Assembly (NCBI GenBank): GCA_001600695.1
Contig: BCKQ01000004.1
Location: forward strand, 417,583-481,582
Reading direction: 5' to 3'
DNA from: Ascoidea asiatica JCM 7603
Taxonomy: Eukaryota > Fungi > Ascomycota
DNA length: 64,000 nucleotides
Shown: in pieces, positions 42,939-55,373 of the stretch
Numbering within the stretch: position 1 is the first letter of the stretch
How the letters are laid out: each line of letters starts with the position of its first letter
Translations under genes and position numbers: made by a program
Notes under the pieces: generated by a model
The model's database searches: none
What the model was told of the DNA's origin: nothing
Seen by the model: only the letters and a program-made list of their open reading frames with translations

Positions 42939-43295
42939 ATGTCTAGCTTATCTGATAAGGTACAAGAGAATTTAATCTACTATAATCTTTGGTCAGATAT
43001 TGTTCAAATTCCAATAAACGTTGACAATAAAGAAGTGTTTATATTAAAAGGGTTACCTCCAAAGGATCAATTAAATAATGAAATAAACAAATCTGAAAAT
43101 AATCAGGAGTTTGTATTGCCTGTTCATATGAATGATAAAATAACAATGTATTTCTTAGATACTTGTTTTCAACAAATTGGAATAAAACAAAACAACAATA
43201 GACCCAAGAAAATAACACTTGGAATGGTAAATGATGATGGAACAATTGTTTATTATTTAGTTCATGATGGAATAGCTCAACCTCGAAAGAACTAA
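42939..43295 (+). CDS. SEN15: tRNA-splicing endonuclease subunit Sen15
   Basis: NL.YYNLW, EFVLPV, KKITLGMVNDDGTIVYYLVHDG..PRKN. Confidence 0.9.
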   Translation: MSSLSDKVQENLIYYNLWSDIVQIPINVDNKEVFILKGLPPKDQLNNEINKSENNQEFVLPVHMNDKITMYFLDTCFQQIGIKQNNNRPKKITLGMVNDDGTIVYYLVHDGIAQPRKN

Positions 43296-43579
43296 TTTAG
43301 TATACTTATGCGTACAAATAACATTTAAAAGATGGAATATGAAATTTGATATATTTAGAGAACTATACTCATTTACTAGGTTGATAAAATGATTGAAATA
43401 AATGAAAAATAACAAAATAACAAAATAACTAAGAATAACGTAAATGAAATTTAAAAAAAATAATGTAAATATGCAAAAAATACAAAGAAAGAGAATATAA
43501 AAGAAACGAAGAATAAAAGTCATAGATAAAACATCTTGAAGAAGAAATATTCAAAAAATATTGTTGAAAAAAAAAAAAT

Positions 43580-45755
43580 TCATGCCAATAAAACTTCCCA
43601 GCCCCAATCTTTCATAACACGGCTCCAATGGGACCAATGTTTGATTTTTTCATCATCTTCAATAGAGACATGATCTCTAGTTATACCTTGAGCAGCAGCT
43701 GCAACTGATGCAATTCTATTAGCCAAAGAATCATGATCGGTATAACTTGGTTTGGAATTATTGATACTAGAGTTATTATTGTTTAAAGAAACAATTTCAG
43801 AATCATCCTTTTTAGAGGATTTTTCATCCATTCTTTGCTTTTTTAATATATCTTTTCTAAGCCAGACTTCTTTAACAACTTCTAATGCTCTATCAACTGT
43901 ACCAATCCACATTTTATTTGACAACAATTCCCATCTATTTTTTACCCATTCTCTTTCTTCGCCTGGACTTGCTTCACATGAGGCAACAAGTAAAGGAAAT
44001 ATATGAGTAACAGAACATCTAGAAGATGATGGAATAGAGGCTAAAAGAATTAAAACTTTATCAGCTAATTCATGAGATGATAATGAAGGAATCTCAGGAA
44101 CAGCTTGATGTAAATATAATAATGTTCCGTATCTATAAGCTTCTGCAGTAGCTATACATGAAGAAATATCCCAATTTGGATCATTAACTTGAGTCATAGA
44201 AATTGATGGTACTGGATCCCAAGATTCTAATTCTGTTTTAAGATTTGAAGCCATTGAAACTATTTTTAATGAATTTTTCTTTTGATTTCTAACTTGAGCA
44301 ATTAAAGAAGCTACTTTACCAATAATAGGAAATAAAGTTTGTGCACAGCCTAATAATGGATCAATATCATCACCACCTTGAATACTAATTGAATTAAAAA
44401 ATTGTCTCATTGAAGAACTTACAGAGCTTGAAGTTCTTCTTTTTCTTGGGAGATTTTCATCATCATTCTCAGAATTAGAATTAGAACTATTATCAATTTC
44501 ATCAATATCTTTAATAGCATGTTCATAATTTTCACTTTTTAATTCATCATTATTAAATAAACCATCATTTTCATCAACTTCAGAAGAAGTCATTCTAGCT
44601 AAAACATCAAAATAAATCCAACCATTGAATAAAAATTGTAATCCAGCAGGAATTTTATTTTTTGAAATAACTTTATTTTGGACATTATTATTATTATTAC
44701 TTTTATTATTATGAGTATTATTATGATTATTATTATTATTTTTATTGTTAATAATATTTGAATTTGAATTATTAACATCATCCGAATTTAATTCATCAAT
44801 TGAAATATCTGATTCATCACTTGAAGAGTTATCATCAGAATTTTCAAGATAATTATTTCTTTGAAAAATTTTTAAAACTTGAATAATCATTGTTTTTGCA
44901 CCTTTTAAATGAGTAATACCAGTACTTATATGTCTATCCCAAGATTCACTATTTGCTAAAGTTATACAAGCAGCTAAAGCAACATCAGGTGGTAAAGTAC
45001 CTTTACTTAAACCTTCTGCAAGACCCATAATTGAACGCTTCATATAAACAACACCTTTTGATCTTAAAGAAGGATTTAGTCTTGAAACATGAAAAAGTGT
45101 TAAAGAAGCTAAAGCATCAAAAACTACAGGATAATTACTTGCTAATGGAAACATAATATCTCTCCAAGGATTTTCATTTGGACCATTTTTTATTGACATT
45201 ATACCACAAGTGTATCTATCAAGAGATTGAAAAATTTGAAGTCTATCATCTTGAATTGAAAAAATAGGTAAATGAAAAGAAAAATTGCTATTATTAATAT
45301 TGTTATTACTGTTATTATTATTGAAATTTTTAGTAAGTATTTTATTGTTATTATTTCTATTAGAACTCATAATCATATTATTGTCATTATTATTATCAAA
45401 TTCATTATTAATTTCATTATAAAAATCATTATTATTCAAGTTATTATTATTATTAAAATTATTATTTAAATTAATATTATTATTATTATTTTGATAGAAA
45501 TCGGATAAATCTATAACTTCATCATTTGGATTATTAATAAATTCATCAGTATTAATAATTGAATTAATTTCAATTTCAGTTGAATCAGTACTTTCATCAC
45601 TTTTAATTGAATTTGATTGTTTAATTGCAATAATTTGATCAAATTGATCAATATTAATATCATCATTATTCGAAACTATAAATGGAGAAGCGGATAAATC
45701 ATCAATTGGTAAAATTGAGTTATTAATAATGTTATCATTGTTATTATTGTTATTA

Positions 45756-45826
<71 letters not shown>

Positions 45827-46956
45827 GAGATTATTATTGAGATTATTATTGATAGTATTAATATTATTAAAAAAATTAGTAAAATTAAGAGACATACTTG
45901 AACCATTACTTATATTTGTTAAATTATCATTAATAATTTCATCATGATTTATATTATTATTTAAATCAATAATTATATCATCATTATTAATCTTATCTTT
46001 ATCTTTATTATTATCATTATCAATATTATTATTATTATTATTATTATTATTGTTATTATTATTGATATTAATATTTGAGGATATAAAAGAAGGGGAGGAT
46101 AAGTCAAAATTTGATGGAGAAAAAGGATGATCAAAATCATTGAAAGAATTATTAAAAGAAGGAAAAATAGTATTGATTGTATCATTATTATTGTTATTAT
46201 TATTGTTATTATTATTGTTATTATTATTTGTAATTGAATTTAAATTTAAATCATCATAAGAATATTTTTTCAATAATGGATCAATAGAATTATTGATATT
46301 GTTATTGTTATTGTTATTGTTATTAGAATTTGAAATTGAAATTGAATTATTTTTAAAATTAGTTTTATTAATAATTTTTTTATTTGGTTTTATAATTTTT
46401 GAAAATTTCAAGTTGATATTATTTGAAGATAATGAAGAAATAGATGAAGAAAAAGAAGAAGATTTTTTATGAAATGGTTTTGGTAATATAGGTAAATTAC
46501 CAATTGGTTTGATTGATTTGATTGATTTTGTTAGTTTAGTTGATTTAGATGATTTTAATTTAATTGATTTTGATCTAGATGATTTAGATTGTTTAATTTC
46601 TTTTATTGAGTTAGTATCATTTTCTTTATCACTTTCTTTTTCAGTTTCCTTATTATTTACTTTTTCAATCTCTTTTTCATTTTTAATTAATGTATCCTTA
46701 TCTTTCTCCTTATTATTATTATTATTATTATCTTTATTTGAAGATCTTGATAAATCAAGAGATAAATTTTTATTTATTTGTTCAATTTCTTTATAAGTTT
46801 TACCAGTTAAAGATAAAGTAGCAGCTTCTAAAGCATTTTTTAAAATTATTGGATCAATATTTGATTTAATAATTTTTTTTTTCTTTTTAAATTGATTATT
46901 ATTAGAAATTGAGAAGTTATTTTTATTACTATTTGAAGTATTAGTTGAGCTATTAC

Positions 46957-46993
<37 letters not shown>

Positions 46994-47320
46994 TAATAGA
47001 ATTGGATTATTTGGAATATAAGAATTTAAATTTTCATGAAATGGTTTCCATTTAAAATTTTTTGAATAACCACCACAAATAATTTTTTTTTTTGTACAAT
47101 TTAAACAAGAAGGTTTCAATTCATCACATTTTAATCTTTTTTTTTTACAAGTTATACAACCATTTCTTGATTTATGTTTTTTTGGTTTAATTAATAATGA
47201 GTTATTATTACTATTATTGGATTTATTATTTAATTTATTATTAGTATTATTAGATAAATTTGATTTTAAATTTGATTTTAAATTTGAGTTTGGGATATTA
47301 TTCTTTATTGAATTTGACAT
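43580..47320 (-). CDS. Zn(II)2Cys6 transcription factor with Fungal_trans_2-type C-terminal domain
   Basis: KSRNGCITCKKKRLKCDELKPSCLNCTKKKIICGGY. C-terminal GIMSIKNGPNENPWR, HLKGA, YFDVLAR, DPLLGC, AEAYR...LYL, FPL. Very long Asn-rich middle. Confidence 0.93.
45737..45826 (-). repeat. (AAT/AAC)30 coding microsatellite, giving 30 consecutive Asn
   Basis: Uninterrupted Asn codon run inside the Zn2Cys6 gene. Confidence 0.9.
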
Positions 47321-49170
47321 ATTTATATGATTCGATAATTAGATATATATGTAGTTATATATATATATATATATATATATTTATTTTTATTTTATATTAT
47401 TTTATATTATATTATGTTATGTTATGATATATTATATATTGATATATAAGTAAATGAGAGTTATTAGTAAGATAATTAAGTTATAAATGATTTAAATATT
47501 ATTTAATAATAAATATTTAAAAGAATATTCGCTTAAGAAATATAATAAGATCTTAAAAAGGGGATATAAGGTCTAATTTATATTACTTTAATATATGATA
47601 TGTTATATGATATGTTATATGAATATTAGTTTAATAAGATTATTAAATTGGATATCAATAGCCATAATATGATAGATAGATAGATAGATAGATAGATATA
47701 ATAATAAAGGATATAATAGTGGATATAATAAATAGTAAAGATACTGGATATAATAGATAGAGGGATGGAATAGATAAATAGATAGATAATGGATATAAAC
47801 GATGTGGATTTCTATTTCTGTTTCCAATTCTTGTTCTTGTTCTTGTTTTACTTCAATGCACTTTGATTTTCGATCAGCTTGATTTGATCGACTTGATTTG
47901 ATCTGATTTGATTTGAATTGAATACAATCGAATTGAATTGAATCGAATTGAATCGAAATGATGATTTGAATTGAGATGATCAGAATTGATTTCGAGAAGA
48001 GTGAAATAAAATACATCGAGAGATAGTTAATAGATAGTTAAGAGATAGTTAAGAGATATTTAATAGATATTTAATAGATTGGAGAGCGGTGGAGAGTTGC
48101 GTTAACTCAAATCCACACACAGACGACTTCAACAGAGCACAAGCGAGCAGAGGAAGAAAAACAGGCCAAGAAGACGCGCCACGCACAATCACACAGCAGA
48201 TCTAAAAGGGAATTCAATTCAGCTCTCGCTTCCCTTTAAACACCACCCACTGCCAAACCCGAGTGAGACATCGCAGGTCGGGCTTATTCCGTCCGAGGAA
48301 TCACTTCCCCAAGTAGGCAACCCACAAAGCTCCGCTCCGCTTCCTCTCCCGTGTGGCGAGTGCAGCCACTGCCCACTGCGGGGTTCTGCACTACGCATTT
48401 ACACGCCACGCACGCCACACATGTCCTGGATTATCATAGAGAATGTCCTTGTAACCAAACCACTTTCACGTGAGTGTCCTAAGCATATTTTGCAGCACAT
48501 GTATCACATGACTAAAAGCTTATTTACTCTCAAACCTGATTATGTAATACCACCTGCCCCTTGCTGGCTGCTGCTGCTTCCACTGCTTCCACTGCTGTTT
48601 TCTTTGCTGTTACCGGTACTGTTACAATTCTCGTGTTGAGTTCTCGAATAGCGGTGCTAAGCTCCATACTCACTTATTAACTGTACCTGCTACAGTTACT
48701 GCTGCTACTACTGCTACCATCTCACTGGCACTATCATACTATCATACTATCATATCATCATACTATCTATCTATCATATTCTTATATCACAATACAATAC
48801 AATACAATACAATACAATAACTACAGTATTGTATTACAACTTTCACTCCTAAATCTTTTTCTAAAATAAACCTTTATTTTCATTTAATCTTTTCTTGATT
48901 CTTAATTCCTAATTCTTAATTTCTTAATTCTTATTTTCTTAAAGTTATATATTCTTAAAATTTTCAATTAACCACAATTTCATAAATTGATCAATCATTT
49001 AATTCATCTCCATTATTCAATCATTCAATTTATATTTCATATTATATATTTTATATTGTATATTCTATTACATTCCATTCCATTCATTCTATTTATCTAT
49101 ATCTATCTATCTATCTTTACTATAATTATTTTTATTATTCCATTTCATAATATTTCATTAATATATTATT

Positions 49171-49242
49171 AATATATCAATATATCAATATATCAATATA
49201 TCAATATATCAATATATCAATATATCAATATATCAATATATC
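49171..49242. repeat. 8-bp tandem repeat (AATATATC) x9 just upstream of CDC24
   Basis: Exact array ending about 40 nt before ATG 49284. Confidence 0.9.
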
Positions 49243-49283
49243 AAGATATTAAAATAAAAAAAAATAAAAAATTTATTTAAAAT

Positions 49284-52067
49284 ATGTCAAATCATAAATC
49301 TCTATCTTCCAGAGTAAGTTCTGGTTCAAAAGGTTTAACAACCTTAGGTTCATCAAATTCATCATCAAATTTACTTTCAAATTTAAATAGTAATTCAAAT
49401 TCAAATATAAATTCAAATAATAATTCAAATAATAATTCAAATAATAATTCAACAATAAATATATCTAAAATTTCTCCTTCTGGTCCAATTGGTGCTGCTT
49501 CTTTAATAATGAATAAAAAAGCTGGTAGTGAAAATTCTTTATTTCATATTTGTATAACTTTAAGAAAAAGATTAGAAAAAGTAAATGGTTTAAAACCATA
49601 TTTAAATTTAGCTTATTCAACTGCTGAATATTCAAGTGATAAACAAACTGATAATATTTTAATATCTGATCTATTAAATTATAATTCAAATATTAATAAT
49701 AATAATATATTAAAAGATCCAATAATATCAAATTCAATAGATTCAATAAATCCTCCAATATCTTCAACTTCTATATCAACTTCAAATTCAAATTTCTCAA
49801 ATATTTCAAATATTTCAAATATTTCAAATATTTCAAATAATTCTAATAGTTCAAAAAATTCAATTAATTCTTCTTTAAATTTCACAATTCAATCAATTAA
49901 TCAAAATTTATCAACTTTTTCTGCAGGTATTTTACCTGATACAATTAGATGTGATCCTGTAACTCAAATTTGGAAATTATTTCAACAAGGTGCTCCTTTA
50001 TGTTTAATTTTTAATTCAATTAAACCTGATCGTCCATTACCAATAGTTTCTGCTGATGATATAAAAATTTGTAAAAGAAGTGTTTATGATTTTTTATCTT
50101 CTTGTCAAATGTATTTAGATTTAAAAGCTCAAGATTTATTCACAATTTCAAATGTTTTCTCAGAAAATACTGATGATTTATTAACTGTAATTAATTCAAT
50201 TAATAAAGTTTTAGATTTAAATTCAAATTTTAAATTATCTGAAATTGAAAAAAAAGATATAGTTTTAGCAAAATTTAATTCAATTAAACAACAAGATGAT
50301 GATAGATCTAAAATTATTTTAGAATTAATTGAAACTGAAAGAAAATATGTTTCTGATTTAGAAATTTTAGTTAATTATAGAAATCAATTAATTCAAGCTG
50401 AATTAATACCAAGTGAATCTTTACGTATTTTATTTCCAAATTTAAATGAAATTTTAGATTTTCAAAGAAGATTATTAATTGGTATTGAAGCAAATTCTTT
50501 AGCTTTACCAAAATATCAAAGATTAGGTTCAATTTTTTTATATGCTTCAAATATACCTTTTAAAGCTTATGAACCTTGGTCAATTGGTCAAAGTGCTGCA
50601 ATTGAATTAATTAATCAACAAAAAGAAAATTTATCAAATTCTTCAAATTTAATTGATGCTTCATATGAATTACAAAGTTTCTTAATTAAACCAATTCAAA
50701 GATTATTAAAATATCCTTTATTAATTAAAGCAATTTTAAAATTTTCTGATCCTTCTTGGCCACATTATAATGAATTAGCAAATAGTTTAGAATCTTTAAA
50801 AGCAACTGCAAGAGAAGTTAATGAAGCTCAAAGAAAATCTGAAAATGTTAAAGTTTTAGAAGATTTATATACAAAAGTTAATGATTGGAGAGGTTATGAT
50901 TTAAATACTTTTGGTGAATTATTATTTCATTTAAAATTAGGTGTAAGAGATTTTGATACTGAAAAAGATTTTAATGTTTATTTATTTGAAAGAATTATTT
51001 TATTTTTTAAAGAAGTTCAAGTAACTCAAAAAAAATCTTCAATGAATTTAACTAAAAAAAAAACATCAAGTTATGTTAATAATCCAAATTCAAAATTAGA
51101 TTTAAAAGGTAGAATATTCATAGCAAATATTAATCGTATTGTACGTGGTAAAATTTCAAATTCAATTAATAGTAATAATATTAATAATAATATCAATAAT
51201 AATTTAAATGATGATGATTTATCTTTACCTGCAACTTCTAGTCATTTACTTACAGTATCTTGGTCAAGTACAAGAGATAATGGTTCTTTTATTATGAGAT
51301 TTAAAACTGATGAACAAAGAAATTTATGGGAAAATTGTTTAAGAAATTTAGTTCTGAAACAATATGATGAAATACTGAATTCAGAATTACCTGCAAATTA
51401 TAATTTTCAACCAAGATTTGATGATTTCTCAAATTCAAGAAATCAATCAAGAAATCAATCAAGAGATCAATCTCCAAGAACTTCTGTTGAACCTTTAAGT
51501 GATTCATCTCTGTTCAATAAAATATATAATCAACCACCACAACCTCAATTCCAAGGGTTATATGATCCTCAAAGAAATTCAACAAATACTAATAATATTT
51601 TAAATCAAATTCCTGAAAAAAATTCAGATCAAAGAAATAGATCTGTCTCAACTCCATCTTCTTCTTATAAAAATATGAAATTTGTAAATCATAATTTTAA
51701 TCCAAATCTAATCAATGGTTTTAATAATTTATCTTTAAGTAATAGTACATCACCACAATCTCGTTCTCGTTCTCATTCAAAACTGCAGGCTGATCCAAGA
51801 GCTGCTTCTTTAAGAATTAATATTATGTTTAATAAAAATACTTATGCTATATTAGTTAGTGAAGACTGTACTCATGCAGATTTAAAATCAAAACTTAGTA
51901 GAAAACTTTTACAATGCGGTGTTGAAATTAGTATAGAACAAATGAAAATTAGATATGAAGATGATGAAGGTGATTTTGTTAAGCTAGAATCTAATGATGA
52001 TTGGACCTTGGCCAGAGATTTTGCTTCAAAAGCTGCTGATAAAACGTTGAATATTTCAGTCAATTAA
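49284..52067 (+). CDS. CDC24: Cdc42 guanine nucleotide exchange factor Cdc24
   Basis: CH-like DPVTQIWKLFQQGAPLC, DH domain (ELIETERKYVSDLE...FLIKPIQRLLKYPLL), PH domain (YLFERIILFFKE...LKGRIFI), PB1 (YEDDEGDFVKLESNDDW). Confidence 0.97.
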   Translation: MSNHKSLSSRVSSGSKGLTTLGSSNSSSNLLSNLNSNSNSNINSNNNSNNNSNNNSTINISKISPSGPIGAASLIMNKKAGSENSLFHICITLRKRLEKVNGLKPYLNLAYSTAEYSSDKQTDNILISDLLNYNSNINNNNILKDPIISNSIDSINPPISSTSISTSNSNFSNISNISNISNISNNSNSSKNSINSSLNFTIQSINQNLSTFSAGILPDTIRCDPVTQIWKLFQQGAPLCLIFNSIKPDRPLPIVSADDIKICKRSVYDFLSSCQMYLDLKAQDLFTISNVFSENTDDLLTVINSINKVLDLNSNFKLSEIEKKDIVLAKFNSIKQQDDDRSKIILELIETERKYVSDLEILVNYRNQLIQAELIPSESLRILFPNLNEILDFQRRLLIGIEANSLALPKYQRLGSIFLYASNIPFKAYEPWSIGQSAAIELINQQKENLSNSSNLIDASYELQSFLIKPIQRLLKYPLLIKAILKFSDPSWPHYNELANSLESLKATAREVNEAQRKSENVKVLEDLYTKVNDWRGYDLNTFGELLFHLKLGVRDFDTEKDFNVYLFERIILFFKEVQVTQKKSSMNLTKKKTSSYVNNPNSKLDLKGRIFIANINRIVRGKISNSINSNNINNNINNNLNDDDLSLPATSSHLLTVSWSSTRDNGSFIMRFKTDEQRNLWENCLRNLVLKQYDEILNSELPANYNFQPRFDDFSNSRNQSRNQSRDQSPRTSVEPLSDSSLFNKIYNQPPQPQFQGLYDPQRNSTNTNNILNQIPEKNSDQRNRSVSTPSSSYKNMKFVNHNFNPNLINGFNNLSLSNSTSPQSRSRSHSKLQADPRAASLRINIMFNKNTYAILVSEDCTHADLKSKLSRKLLQCGVEISIEQMKIRYEDDEGDFVKLESNDDWTLARDFASKAADKTLNISVN

Positions 52068-52704
52068 TATTAAATAAATTATATTCAGCTTTCTCTTTCT
52101 TTTTTTACTATATTATGAATCGGTTTTCTTGTTTTTGTTTTGAGAAAAAAACTAATATTTTTTTTAAAAAAACTTTGCTTTTAAATACAACAAACAAAAT
52201 TATAAATCCAATTTTTTTTTTCCTCATTCAAAAAGTTACGTCATTAATTATGCTTTAACTTTCATTCTTTTTTTTCCATTAGTACTTTTGAGGTTTCGAT
52301 TTTTTTATCTTATACTTCTCATATTTTTCTGTGTTGGTTTGCTTTCAATATTTTCTTGCTATCATTTTGTAATAAGTTTTTTCAAATTTCAAATTCAAAT
52401 TTTCAAGTATTTATCATTTTATTAAAGAGTGTTTTTTTCTAATATTTGGTGATCATTTCTTTGGTTTCTTTAATTATTTTAAAAGATTCTGAAAATTTTA
52501 AATTATTTAGCAATTTATTATTTATAATTTACATATATAAAGTATATACATTTCATAGTTTCTGAAGCTAAAAACTATTCAGGTATAAAGTCTGATATTT
52601 TTTACCTTCAGGTTAAATAAAAGGTTGAAATAAACAAAAATAACTAAAGTAGTTAACAATTTATACAAAAGAATATTGAACTACCAATTGATTTAAGGTT
52701 ATCA

Positions 52705-54282
52705 TTATAATTTATATACATTTTTTTCAGTCCAACCTTTTTTGCCCAATAAACCACGAACTTCACCTTGCTCCATTGAAACAGTTTTGCTCCCAGACAC
52801 ATAATCAATATAACCATCAGGACCACAGACTAAACTTATTGAAGAATCTGATTTTTTTGATTTTTTTTCTTCAGCAGCTTGTTCTAATGCAGATGCATAA
52901 AATGGTAAATTGTCGTCTTCTTTTTTACTTTCAAGATCTTCAGTAATCTCATTTTTTTCAATTTCTGTCTCTTTAACTTCACCCCTGGAAAATATAGAAG
53001 CCCCCTTAAAATTGCTTTCCACAGGGGGACTTATATTATCTAAAGACAAAATCTGTTTCTCGGAATCCAAATATTGGTATAAAGAAATACGATCCAATTT
53101 TTGTAAAAAATATAAATATCTGTCAAAAACTTTTGGTATCTCAGATTTAGATTGAGTAGAATAATGCAAAAAAGTGTGACCCTTTGGAGGGTTTTTAGAC
53201 AAAAGGATTTGTAAAAAAGGAGTAATACCAGTTCCAGCAGCATAAAAGGAATAGTTATCAGCTGAAGGTAACTTATGATTAAATGCAGAAGGAGGATCTG
53301 ATTTAACTAGTGAAGGCAAGTCTTGTAAAGCTGGCCTTTGATATACTTTATCTATAGGCTGGAAAGGAAATTCATATTCTATATAAGGACCTCTTAACTC
53401 TACTTCTGAACCAACTTCTTTGGAATGTAACCAACGTGCAACTTCACCATCGTTATATTTTTTGATGAAAAAAAATAATCTTCCTTGGTGCGAATCAGGA
53501 TCATCTTCATCATTTTGTAATTTGATTAATGGAGTATTACCTAATTCTTTATTTTCCAATCGGGCAACTGCAATAGGCAAAGGTGTGTACTTTCTTACAA
53601 CCATTATCTGAGGTTGCTTGAATTCAACAGACCATATTCTTTGTCCATTCCATAATTCTTTGAGTTGTTTTTTGATCTCAAATGAGGATGGTCTAATTTT
53701 ATATTTTGGTGACAATTCTAATACAAAATGATCAGAATCAATGTCTTCTTTATAAGTTATTATAAAAGTAGTAAAGAAACTTTGAGATAATAAAGCACGA
53801 TTACTTGGATGATCTTTGGTATTAAAATACTGAATCAAATAAAGTACATAACCACCACCTCCAATCAAAGAAAACATTATAATGTATTTTTTGTATCGGA
53901 TATAAAAACTATCATTACTTTTAGAATGTCTGTTTGAAAGGATGAAAGACGAGGTTGGGGGATATTCATAAGATACTTTTGGATCTAATTCTGGGGTTAA
54001 ACTTTCAGAAATTGTATGATTAATTAAGAAATTAGCATTCAATGGAGCTGGTGAACTAGCTAAAACATGCTTATTTGAATTATCGCTATCCTCTTTATTT
54101 CCTTTATATTTTTTAGGTAAATTCGATTTCTCACCATTTTTCAATTGAAATTGACTTGTATTAAAATATCTCAGTGAAAGTCTAACTTTAGTAGGCTTCT
54201 GTATTCCAAAATTAAGTTTCACACTATTTAGTTGTTTTCTGAAGGCAAACTTTGGCAATGCTAAAAGCCCTTTGCTGAACAT
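52705..54282 (-). CDS. CYC2: Mitochondrial FAD-linked oxidoreductase Cyc2 (cytochrome c maturation; cytochrome b5 reductase family)
   Basis: IWSVEFKQPQIMVVRKYTPLP, IKKYNDGEVARWL, ELRGP, AAGTGITPFLQ, VCGPDGYI, KKGWTEKNVYKL. Presequence plus one TM. Confidence 0.9.
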   Translation of the reverse strand: MFSKGLLALPKFAFRKQLNSVKLNFGIQKPTKVRLSLRYFNTSQFQLKNGEKSNLPKKYKGNKEDSDNSNKHVLASSPAPLNANFLINHTISESLTPELDPKVSYEYPPTSSFILSNRHSKSNDSFYIRYKKYIIMFSLIGGGGYVLYLIQYFNTKDHPSNRALLSQSFFTTFIITYKEDIDSDHFVLELSPKYKIRPSSFEIKKQLKELWNGQRIWSVEFKQPQIMVVRKYTPLPIAVARLENKELGNTPLIKLQNDEDDPDSHQGRLFFFIKKYNDGEVARWLHSKEVGSEVELRGPYIEYEFPFQPIDKVYQRPALQDLPSLVKSDPPSAFNHKLPSADNYSFYAAGTGITPFLQILLSKNPPKGHTFLHYSTQSKSEIPKVFDRYLYFLQKLDRISLYQYLDSEKQILSLDNISPPVESNFKGASIFSRGEVKETEIEKNEITEDLESKKEDDNLPFYASALEQAAEEKKSKKSDSSISLVCGPDGYIDYVSGSKTVSMEQGEVRGLLGKKGWTEKNVYKL

Positions 54283-54734
54283 TATTCTAAATAACTGTGA
54301 CAGTAATCAAATAAATAAAATTATCCCAGAATCATTTTTAAAAGAGAGAATATTCAATATCTGAATAATCTTGGTGAAAGAATTATTTAATCAGTCTCAT
54401 AAAAGCTCCGAATTTCGAGTATCAAAACCACAGATCTTGGGCTGAGAAAGGGAATAATCACGTGTTTATTATATCCGGCGTTCTTTGACTGAAAACTGAA
54501 ATTCAAAAGTAGACAGCCTTTCAGCTTTTTGGACGCAGCTTTTGAATCAAATGCTAATGAATTCAAAAATGCCATATAAATCAAGCAGATGAAGTAAAAG
54601 AGTAATAATTTGATGAAAGATACAAGGAGATTATTCTAAATAACAATCAATTCTCAAAATTAATAATATCATTTCTGCTTCGGAATAATTAATAATTTCA
54701 ACAAGAATAGCAAATCGAATATTTCAATATAATA

Positions 54735-55121
54735 ATGCAATCTACAGGTCTGATTGATAATAAAGAATTTTTGATCAAAGTGGGTTTACTTTTTAAAAAT
54801 TCTCAACAAAAAAATTCATCTATTTATTTTACCCAAAAAAGATTAACACCATTTGATGAAGTTATAGGGAGTTCTAAAGAAGAAGTCAATGATCCTTTAT
54901 TAAGAGGTCCTCAAATAAAAGATGAAAAAAAATATCCTTTGCTTTTCAGAATAACTAATGGTGATAATGATAAAACTAAAAAACTTAAGTATTCAACAAT
55001 AGTGAAAGAAGAAAATTTGGATAAATTTTGGCAAGAGTATGTAGCCGTGTTGAAAGCTGGAATGACTGGATTAAAGAAAAAAGATAAGAAGAAAAATAAG
55101 AAAAAAGCTTCTAAAAATTAG
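54735..55121 (+). CDS. SRP14: Signal recognition particle subunit Srp14
   Basis: N.EFL..V..LF, SIYFTQKRL, YPLLFRITNG, KLKYSTIV...LDKFWQEY..VLKAGM.GLKKKDKKK. Confidence 0.93.
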   Translation: MQSTGLIDNKEFLIKVGLLFKNSQQKNSSIYFTQKRLTPFDEVIGSSKEEVNDPLLRGPQIKDEKKYPLLFRITNGDNDKTKKLKYSTIVKEENLDKFWQEYVAVLKAGMTGLKKKDKKKNKKKASKN

Positions 55122-55373
55122 TTTTATGTTTTTTGTCTCTTTAGGTTAATTTCATAATTGAATGATTGCAGTATTTTTTGTCTAAAATCGTTTAATTTCT
55201 TCTATGTATTTTACATTATTTCAATTATTTCTATCAGTCTTTTTTCTTTGCATTTGGTTGAATCTATAAAATGATTATGTTATTAAATAAATATTTTTGA
55301 AAAAAAAAAAATTCGTTATTTATTCTTTGATAATTAAACTTATCAAATTCTGAATTTAACGTATATAATATAG

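Noticed and set aside
45272-46796. Poly-Leu/poly-Ile ORFs antisense or frame-shifted within Asn-rich genes (also 28605-28793, 56938-57234 and others)
   Set aside because: Shadow translations of (AAT)n tracts.
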